Below, piece by piece: positions 53,527 through 64,000 of a stretch of DNA of 64,000 nucleotides; within the stretch, counting starts at the first letter, position 1, and every line of letters begins with the position of its first letter. Under the pieces are notes generated by a model. The model made no database searches, was not told the origin of the DNA, and worked only from the letters and a program-made list of their open reading frames with translations. This DNA is from the human T2T-CHM13v2.0 reference genome, Homo sapiens: the NCBI RefSeq assembly GCF_009914755.1, contig NC_060937.1; one strand, written 5' to 3'. The position numbers and the translations under genes were made by a program.

Positions 53527-55295
53527 TAGTAAGGCTATGGAGTTCCTGTGCCCGATCAGGGAGTCATTTTGTTGAAGAGGCTATGGCAGAGTTGGAGTGG
53601 TTTCAGATTCATGTGATGAGCCGCCTGTGGTGTGAGCTTTGTAGAGTCACGTACAGGAGGACCTTGACAGGTTGCAATGCAAGGGGAAAAGTGAGCCCTT
53701 CAGCAGAGATGGCTGTGAAGCACGACACCACAGTGTGCCCTTCTGGCACGGAGGCCTCTCGCGTCTTTACACTTGCCAATGTGTTCAGCCCCATATGAGC
53801 ACAAATAATTATGCTGGATTAGCAATAAGGAACCTTTTTTTGAAATGTTTTTAAAATGAAAACAAAAGTTCAGAAGATTGGGATGCAGGTTTCATAAAGG
53901 GGGATAGAATTCTTTCCTTATAGTTACATGTGTCACTCCAGAGAGAGAGGAGTAAAATGGAGCAGTTAAAGAGGATGGTATGCTTGCTGTTTTTTCTGAG
54001 TTTGCTAAGTTCGATGTATGGAACAACTTTGGGAAGCTAAGAAGGAAACTTAGGGTGTTAAACTTAGGGTGTCCATCTCAGGCAGTAATTCAAACCCATT
54101 TATGTCACCTTGCAAGGCAACATTGATACCTTAGATCCCCCATCAATGCTTCCATCAAGGCCATTCAGATGTTCTCAAAGGCGTCAGACTCATTTGCACT
54201 TTCTAGCTGGAGTTATTACCAAAGATAAGAGAGTGCTGAAAGGTTCAAAATTCAGTCTTTGCATTTGGAAAAGAGAACTTTCAACCACTCGAGAGCAGTG
54301 CTCCCTGATTTCAGACAGGTGTAAAATTCACCCAGGGAAAAACGTCTGAGCATGTTTTGTTTCCCGGTGCCATATATTGCTCTTTAACCCGCCCTGCAAA
54401 GGCTTCATCAGTGCTTAATGCCGAATACAAGAGAGAGGACCGCCTGATTAGCTTTCCCTCCCAATCTCATTTTCAGTTCATCCAGGGGCACAGCTTGATG
54501 TGGGAGAGAATCTCTGCACTTACATTTACAGACAAATTTGTTGGGCCACTGCTTTCTCTTCGCTGTCCATGTAGGCAGGTGACACATTTACAAATCTTTA
54601 CAGGGCATTATGCTGAAAATACTTCCTTCCCCAAAGTGGATATGCAGTGTCCAGCTTAGCTGGAGACAGGAGATGTGACTATATTTAAACACAGGATTTT
54701 TCATTACATGAAGTGTCTTTAATGCCTGATAAGGTTATCACACAGCTGTTGCATGCCTCCCTGGAGAGTGTCATAAATGTTGAATTTGGTAGGAAGAGCG
54801 CTCAGACACCAACTCTTGTTACTGACGGCAGTGGTAGAGGAGTGGAATTATGAAGAGAAACACATCTTTACACCTTTTTTGGTTGTTATTTTGATGGCGG
54901 GGTTTCCGTAAAGAGAAGACAGCCCAGGATACTTTGAATAAAAATGCTGACCTTGGAAAAACCAAAATCACTGACTCTCAGAGTTGGGAGTAAACTTAAA
55001 GATCATCTCTTCCAACTGCATACCCATGCTAACACCTGCTCCAGTGTGCTTAGCAGGTAGATATTTCAACTGTCCTCAAAGCTCACCCACATCACCCACA
55101 TATCCCATGTCAATGCTTCCTCTCTTTGACCTAGGTGCTTTATGTTGTGCCAGTAAGATTTTCCTTTACCCTTCCCTCATTAATTCTATTTGTATCCAAT
55201 GAGAATAAACATGAGTAAAATCTCTCTTCTAGCTGACAAACATTTCAGTATTTGAAGCAGTCTGTCTAGCATCAATCCAATAGGTTTTTAATCTA

Positions 55296-55470
55296 CGAGT
55301 TCCCCAAGTGTGGTGCCCCAATCGGCAGCATGAGTATCACGTATGGACATATCAGAAATGCAAATTCTGAAGTCCCAGCACATACCCACAGAATCAGAAA
55401 CTCTGGGGGTGGAACCCAGCAAGCTCTGGTTTAACCTGTCCTCCAGATGATCCTGATGCACACTGAAGGC
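55296..55470. mobile_element. MER5A hAT-Charlie element
   Basis: 'agaaatgcaaattct...gaatcagaaactctgggggtggaacccagcaa...gatgcacactgaag'. Confidence 0.8.
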
Positions 55471-56760
55471 CAGCGAGCTGGAAAATCATTAAAAGTGAAA
55501 GAGGAGAAGTCGAGAAACCCTTGGGATGTGGAATCAGAATGTGTTCATTAAGGTATCTCGGAGATGTTAGGTAAAAAGCTACGTCCAGTGCTCAGGGAAC
55601 TGCAGTTCTATAATCAAGAGGTGAAAAAAAAAAAGATGCATCAGTCTTAATCTACACAGAAAAAGACTAATTTTCAAAACGAAAAGGAAAAAAAGGAAGG
55701 TTTTTACCTTCTGAAAGCCAGGAGTGGGGAAAGTAAGGCAGCACCCTCCGTGGCTTCCTTCTCTTTCTCCCCATCCCAAATTTCCAATCTTAGCCTCTGT
55801 TTATCCTTTCCTGATCTTAGTTACTGAAGCAGCCACAATCAGGGCACAGAGATGATTGGGATATAATGTATCTAGATCTGCTTCAACTTTTCTTTTTTCT
55901 TCGCCAAGTAATTTTTAGCTCTTTCTTTTTTCAGATCCCCAACTCGCTGGTCCACAGTGCTGCTCACTAAGCTTACTCACTCTCAATTAGACCCAGCCCT
56001 CCACCTGCTGTTGTTCCAGCTGATAAAACTGGCTTTGGCTTTTGGTTCCTACATTCTGGCAAGGAACCAGATTGGAAACCAGGTGTCTCTTCAGCGAATG
56101 CGTATCCCTCATCCCGAGGCGAGAGCCCTGCTGCTGTAAACATGTGTCCTTGATGGCACTGTCTCCCTGCCTGACCCCTTCTAGAGTCTTTCCCACTCTA
56201 GATTTCTGACCTTGATGTTCTTTCTCTCTGTTATGACCCTATTGCTCTGTCTCAGAAGCTCAGTTATAATGCTTTATGCAGTTCCGGATAAGATTGTCAT
56301 GGACTTACGGGGAGTAGTCCCTAAAAGTCAGAATCCTCGTCATACCATCACAGTCAGCAACTGCACCAAACCAGTTCCCACAGAACCTGCCTCATTAAAG
56401 GAAGAAGACTCTCATCCCACTTCCTCCCCACCTACCTAGTGGCTACCACACCTATGATTATCCTAGCGAACTGTGTCCTCAGATATTTTTCCTGGGGAGA
56501 AAATCAGCTCAGCTTGGCTTGAGCAAGGAGAAAAAATAATAGGTGGATTTTGTGGACTAGATGAGGAAAAGGCAGTTCTTGAGAGGAGTATTTAGAGCTT
56601 TAAATGAGCACCAAACAAAGAGTTGTGTGAAACTGGTGAATAGCTGCCCCATGTAGTTGAAAGAACACAGTCTTTGAAGCCAGTGTGATGTAGATCCAAC
56701 TCTGGGTTTCAATGGACTTACTCAACAAATACTTATTTCACCCCTACTCTGAACCAGGCC

Positions 56761-56969
56761 CTGCGCTTTCTAATATGGCAGCCAATAGCTACTTGTAGCT
56801 ATTCAAGCTTGAACAAGTTGAAATTAAATAACATTAAAAATTCATTTCCTCGGTCACCTTAGCCACATTTCAAGCACCTAATAGCCACATGTGGCCAGGG
56901 GCTACTGCATTGGACCAGGCAGATATAGAACATTCCCTTCATCTCAGAATATTCTTTTGCACAATGCTA
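56761..56969. mobile_element. MER3 hAT-Charlie element, flanked by MIR/L2 fragments
   Basis: ~209 bp; 'tagccacatttcaagcacctaatagccacatgtggc...gcagatatagaacatt'. Confidence 0.82.
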
Positions 56970-57279
56970 GGAGCTAAACCTTTGGTGGTTTTGCATAAGC
57001 ATTTGATCTCAAATTCTTCATCTAAATAGAAGCATAGTTTCAACTGCTTGTATTTGAATTAAATGAGATAATTTACGTAGAGTGCCTGGGTCCCTAGTAG
57101 ATACTCAGTAAATGATCATTATCATAATTACTTATATTCTGTTCACCAAAAAGATTCTTCAATAACCATTTTATTTCCATGTGATGTTCTCTCTGTAACT
57201 AATGAAAATCTGCTGAATATCACAGAGATTATCAATTACCTTGTTGTTTTCTAGTTAGCAAGGTTTCTTGAATTTTCTA

Positions 57280-58220
57280 GTATTTAATCTTGTTGACCAC
57301 TGGCAGTTCTTTGAAATATTCTCTTAGCTGTCTCAACAAGGCCTTTCCTGTTTGCCCACTGCTTCCATCATTGCCCCCATGTAATCTCTCTAAAGTCTCC
57401 TGTTTCTACTAATCTATCATAAATGTTCACCATTCTTCCTTCTACAGTTGTACTTTTTTTTCCACTGACACAATCGTGCTTCCCCTTTCAATAGTCACTT
57501 TGTAAAGAAATTCCCAAAATTTATTTATCCTTTCCTGACTTCATCCTCAGCTCCAAATCCATACTTCTACTTGGACATCTATAGTAGATGTCCAAGTAGA
57601 ACTCAAAGCAAACAACTACAATGAAACCACGGCTCTTCTCTCACTTCCAACTATTAATCACTGTGCCTGTCCTCTGAATATCTCATTGCTCATAATGGTG
57701 TGCTACCTTGGGATCCAGGCTTGAGAGTCTGTATTCTACTCTCAAAGTCATATTCTACTCTTTTCCTTTTTCCCCCAACATTGATTCCCATGCTCCTGTC
57801 TCATTCAACCCTTCATTGCCTCTAACCCAAATAATACCAACAGTCTAATGGGTGCTCCTGGGCTCCCCTTGCCGAACTTCATTGCAAATATGACTGCATG
57901 GCTGATTTTCCTGAAGACAATGTCAATCATATTTCTCTCTTCTTCCTCAATAATCACCGTTCCCTCTGCTCATGTTTCTCTCTTTGCTTGGAATGCCCTC
58001 CCCATCTCCACTCGCTTTGTCACCACCCCAATATACTCCCATCTTTCTGGCTTCTCTTACTTGTCATCACCTCCATGGAGCCTCTCCTGCCCACGTGCAA
58101 CTAGACAATACTTTATTCCATAGCGTTTTGGTGGCCTCCACCCTACGAACTTGCCACTCATTAAACATGTACATGACTTATCTGCCTTAATCTCCTTAAA
58201 GACAATAATGTGCTCTATTC
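57280..58220 (+). mobile_element. L2 fragment
   Basis: 'ttcccaaaatttatttatcc...ctacttggacatct', 'aacagtctaatgggtgctcct', 'tgcttggaatgccctccc'. Confidence 0.65.
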
Positions 58221-58241
58221 AATTTTACAATACGCATAGTT

Positions 58242-58617
<376 letters not shown>

Positions 58618-59123
58618 TTAAGTTCTGCATTTGAACACCTAAACTATTGAAGCAGCCAATTAGCCAAATCAAATAAATAAAATAAAAGGAACTTAGCTAG
58701 GGAACCAGATAGAATTTGTTATTTTCACAAGCATTACCCAACTGCCTGCACTGTAGTTCTAATCCACGTCCTTTTACTGACCGATCACTTTAGAGCACAA
58801 TCAAGCTGAGCTGAAGGTAGTGTTTACTCCTTCCTTCTGGATAAACACAGGTTGAAACACATCTGTTTACGCCAAAGGTTGCATATATGCATTTTTATCC
58901 ATGCTGGCAGGATGATCCAGCACATTCTATTTGTGTACAGCCGCATCTGATCCAAAGACTGAGCTAACAAAAACATTATTGCTAAATCCATTTGTATCCA
59001 TATGGATGTCAAGGCTCTCTGTGGGCATCGTGGATATCACATGAATGGTACATTGGAACCTGAGAACTGAGTTATTCACTCCAAAACAGACAGTAGTTTA
59101 AAACTAGTTGTCATCAGATCTCA

Positions 59124-59125
<2 letters not shown>

Positions 59126-59165
<40 letters not shown>
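59126..59165. repeat. (AC)20 microsatellite
   Basis: Direct read. Confidence 0.97.
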
Positions 59166-59167
<2 letters not shown>

Positions 59168-59630
59168 AATGAAATAATCATAACTCTCATTTATGGAATA
59201 GACATGAAGGACAGGATTGTGAGTGCTCTGTGTATCATGCACCAAATTGTATGAAATGAAGTTAATACATGTAAAAATGATACCGGTTCCTAGGGGACAA
59301 AAACATCATCTTCCGCCAGCACCCAGCAACAAGGAATATCCAGCCCTCACAGTCCAGCCCCTCCACTGTGACAGTCCTTCCAGAACACAACTGTTGCTCA
59401 TTTTGACATATAAGCTGTGCAGGGAGGCAGAGTCAATACCTACAGATGGATTTTCAATGCTAAGCTACATTTTTGAATGGAGCAGGTAAAATTATTTCAA
59501 GTTCTATATGTTTCTGAAACAATATGAGACTACAGCTCTCTCCACGGTGTAGTGCAAATCTGGCTTTCTCTCTCTCCGTGTGGCCTCACGCTGCAGGAAA
59601 TTGCAGGCAGGCTCATCAATCCCCTTTGAC

Positions 59631-59849
59631 GGGATTTCCCTCTTCTGGGACCTGCCCAGAAGGTACACTGGCTGTTTTTCTGGCAGAATCCAAACACCTA
59701 ATTCCCAGGGAGGGATGGACGCTGGGGAGATCCCCCATTTGCATTTCTGCTTCTCATTATAATGATCGTACTGCCTAGCGGTGTCAAGCAGAATATATAA
59801 AATCCTCTCTGTTCTCTCCTGGAGGAGAGGGAACTGCAGCGCGGTGAGG
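59631..59849 (+). promoter_or_regulatory. Candidate promoter/enhancer: two NF-kB sites, octamer, TATA box
   Basis: GGGATTTCCC 59631-40; GGGAGATCCC 59725-34; ATTTGCAT 59737-44; TATATAAAA 59794-802; donor-like GCG|GTGAGG at 59844. Unique sequence. Confidence 0.4.
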
Positions 59850-60649
59850 AGATCTGATTTCTGATGTCTGATCATCACAACACATCCCTACCGCAGATTC
59901 ATGAATATTTTAAAACTTTTTTGAACGAGGCTTTTGGCGTGCTCTGTTTATTCATACATGCTGGCTAGTGATAAATAAGAAACATCACTGAGGGTTCCCC
60001 CCCTCTTGCCTTTGAGTTTAAGACGATTATTAACTTAAGACAAAGCATTCAGCAAGTTAGGAAATAGAGATATCCTGGTAGAATTCTATGCAGAAAATGA
60101 CCTAAATCCAGAAAGGAGGAGGGAGGGAGAGAAAGGGGAGCAGGTTAAAAGTTCGGTAAATCTACCTTAGAACACATGGTCTTATCATAAAGGAAAAAGC
60201 AGTATGCGTCACTCATATCCTTTCTGTATTCAGAATCCAAATTAAAGAAAACAAGGAGAAACCTAAGTTTCTCCCTTCTTTAAGGGAGAAACTCTGAGAA
60301 CCTAGATCCTTTTCACATGTGTTAACTTCATTTCATAGAATTTGGTGCATGATACACAGAGCAGTCGTAATCCTTGATATCTATTCCAGAAATGAAAGTT
60401 ATAATTATTTTATCACCAAGAAAACTGGATGATTGATGGTTCATGTCACTGAAAATGAGGAGCCTCAGGTACTTCCTGCACTGCTCTGGCCACCTTGTCT
60501 TGGGTGTTCTGGGCACAGGAATGGAAGCAGTGCCACCCTGACTGGGAATGGCACAGGAGTGCAGCCTCTCCTGCCAGTGCCTCCCTAGCGGGCCCCTAGC
60601 AACACTACCACGCTCCTTCTGAAAACGGTTGCCTACATCTCTCCTAGGA

Positions 60650-60830
60650 CAGTGAGGGAGAAAGGCTTTGGATCCAGAGAGACCTTAAATCAAACCTGGG
60701 CTATCTCCACTCGTGGGGGGTCAGGGCACCTCTCCACCCCTCATTTCCATCTGTAAAATGGAAGTAATCAAATGTGACTTCAGAGTTGCCATAAGAATCA
60801 CAGATGCTGCAGAGAAAGCACTCAGCCCAG
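60650..60830 (+). mobile_element. MIR fragment
   Basis: 'cctcatttccatctgtaaaatggaagtaat'. Confidence 0.6.
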
Positions 60831-62574
60831 TCAGCTCAGATTGTCACCACATGGATGGGTTTCAGCGCGCACCTTCCCTCTCACCTGGGTCCCAAGCGTA
60901 AGGCATTGCTGTACATGGCGGCTCTGAGCACAATGCTGGTGCAGGCCCTAAACAGAAGCTATCATGACTATTACACAATTCAGAATTAGAAAATGTAGAA
61001 TTTTCCACGTATTTATCAGAATTTTTCAAAACTGAAAAAATATCTTAAAAGCCATCTCGTTAGAATTCACATCCAAATCTTAAATTCCTTGGGATACATC
61101 CTGATTAATTATTGCCTTCATTCATCACATTCAGTCAGCGGATTGGGCCCCAAGAAGATGATAAACTGAGCATGCGATTCCTGGGATACATGTTTATGAT
61201 GACCCAGTACCAGAATCCCTTGCTGCTTTTGTGGTTCCTGACTTTTCTAGATATCTTTTGCCCTGAGATTCCAATTTCTAGATGTGTTGGTGTGGTCTAC
61301 ACTCTGAGTTCTATTTTTAGAAGTTTGACCTGGCTTGCATTATACACTTAAGACCTGGCAAGCTCAAAGATTGACTACCCTGTCTAAATTGTGTTCCCAT
61401 CATTTTTTAATGTAACTTCATAGTCTTATCACCCAATTCATACACACACACACATACGGTATACACACACATTTTTATTCAATAATTATTTGCTGAATGA
61501 ATGAGAGCATGTGACATTTAAAGAGGGTTTTAAACCAAGTACAAAAGATTATCATACTGAACTTGGGGGCTAAAAGGAAAACAATAAAAATAAGAAAAAG
61601 TCATCAGGAGAGAATATTGCAGGCCAGTGCATACTATATACTGAAACAAGAAGTGTTTGATTCAACATATGACTGAGGGCAATAGGGCCCGATAAACTTT
61701 CTTAACGACCTCTTACAGCGCACATGCAAACGAAGTAGACTTGTGGAGAAGGAAGAAAATAAAAGGTCCAACTCAGGTTAAAGAAGGTTGGATAAATCAC
61801 GGAGTGAAACTGTTGTCTAGCTTACAACTTTTATCTAATTTTTTCTAGTTAGATAAATCATTTCATCCTGTTTATCTAATTTTAACATGAGAAACTGTAC
61901 AAAGAGCCCAAATATTCTTATATATTGTTATATTTAACAATATTCTTTAATTTTTTCATGCAAATATTTGATTTCTACATTGATAAAGTTATGTTCCAAG
62001 TTAAATTTTAACCTAAATAATTTAAGTTAAAATAAGGGATTCATCTTTTCACAGGAGAAAGATGAAAATTAATTTGCAAAGACGTAATACTGCTTACAAA
62101 GAACACACAGAAGATTAAAGATGAAAATAGGAAGCTTGTTCCATTTTTTTAATGAATAAACTGAAGACTATTTTTTTACCCTCAATTTCCAAACACTTCT
62201 GCATCAGTTGCTTTTCCCTTTTAAGATCTGCTTTTGTCAAGGTTTCAAATTTTGCTCTTTTTTAATTCTTCACTTTTATTGTTCCTACTTTGAAATTCAT
62301 GCCTGCTTCACAATGTTAACTCATATTGCTAAAGTTTTACCTAATACAAAAAAAAATGATTAAAAAAGAAATCACCTTCTAGAAGAAAAATACATAATCC
62401 TGATTTTTATCTTATTTCTTTTTAATGTTGTAAAATATCTTGATAAAACCCAGAATATAATCGTTCATTTACGAAATGATTTTTCTCCTCAGTTTGTCTG
62501 CTTCAAGATTTTGACTGAAATGAAAAACAATGTATACAACACTCATATACCATCCCTCCCTCCCTCCCTCCCTT

Positions 62575-63029
<455 letters not shown>

Positions 63030-63441
63030 TAATAGATAATTTATTGATAAATATTTTGTGTTTGTCTTACTTCTGGATAAAAATACGAATAAATACAATT
63101 GACCGTTGTTTCACATTTTAAAACTTTTTAAATAAACATTTCCTCAGCCTCATGATAATCAGATTTATTTTTGTATAAAATACAGCTCAATAACTTAAGA
63201 CAAATCCTTCAAATTGCTTCCTCTGTATTTCTCTCTTTAGAGAAATTTTTCTGTTTGGGATCAATTTTATAAACACATTAGTTTTGTGGACTACATTTTA
63301 ACCTACTAAACTTTTTTTAAAATTCTAATTGCCCAGTAATTATAATAATATCTATGATGTGCTGTGAATTATGAGGGAAAAAAATGTAATTTTTATTCTT
63401 GCCAAGATGGACAATTGCTAAGAGTAGAAAAAGTGAAGTAG

Positions 63442-63719
63442 GGCTGGGCGCAGTGGCTCACACCTGTAATCCCAACACTTTGGGAGACCGAGGTGGGCAG
63501 ATCACCTGAAGTCAGGAGTTCGAGACCAGCCTGGCCAAAATACAGTGAAACCCTGTTTCTACTAAAAAATACAAAAATTACCTGGGCGCAGAGGCGCACG
63601 CCTGTAGTCCCAGCTACTTGAACCAGGGAAGTGGAGGTTGCAGTGAGTCAAGATCACGCCAGTGCACTCTAGCTTAGGTGACAGAGCAAGACTCTGTCTC
63701 TCAAAAAAAAAAAAAAAAA
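63442..63719 (+). mobile_element. Alu (AluSx-like) with right-arm deletion
   Basis: Alu with 'gctacttg|aacc' fusion; flanking aaaaagtgaa repeats. Confidence 0.94.
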
Positions 63720-64000
63720 GTGAACTGAACTGCCTTAATTCAACTCACTGACATATTGCAGCCCTAGAACGTGATTGTATTCGGTAGACAAAAAATAAAG
63801 CAGTGGATACATTTTTTTGTTTAACCTGATATGAGTGGCCATAAAGTTCCAGATTACAAGGAAATTCAACCGTTTTGGTTTTGTAATTTTTTTTCATATT
63901 GCTGAGTATCCCAGGAAAAACCCATTCAGCTGGGTGTTTCTTTGATCATAAAGACTTTGGTGTTGAAGAAAGAGCAGTGACAATTGAGTAGACATTTTTC

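Noticed and set aside
54046-54072. Two TTAGGG hexamers in a 14-bp tandem duplication
   Set aside because: Too short for an interstitial telomeric sequence; ordinary micro-duplication.
59504-59878. 124-aa minus-strand ORF over the promoter-like block
   Set aside because: No recognisable domain or splice frame; length is within chance expectation.

Overview
This is primate, most likely human, non-coding genomic DNA: AT-rich, CpG-depleted and dense in interspersed repeats. I recognise about 13 Alu elements (J, S and one very young Ya4/Ya5-lineage copy), several L1s (one twin-primed L1PA with a 5' inversion, one ~2.3-kb old L1MA/MB), L2 and MIR relics, MaLR/ERVL solo LTRs (THE1D, MSTA, MLT1, LTR33-like), hAT MERs and a full-length dead Hsmar2 mariner with both TIRs and TA target duplication. 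Repeat calls come from recalled consensus sequences, so subfamily names are approximate. I cannot support any protein-coding gene, rRNA, tRNA or CRISPR array. Nearly all ORFs in the track are chance, Alu/L1-derived or microsatellite-derived. I found no convincing new biological system. The best leads are: (i) a compact kB-kB-octamer-TATA promoter-like module at ~59.6-59.85 kb; (ii) two minus-strand candidate exons (6282-6466 and <=83-334) that splice into one open frame; (iii) a candidate minus-strand exon starting at 50696; (iv) perfect palindromes (52 bp at 48776-48827; 17-bp arms at 57565-57601); (v) a possibly polymorphic AluYa-lineage insertion.
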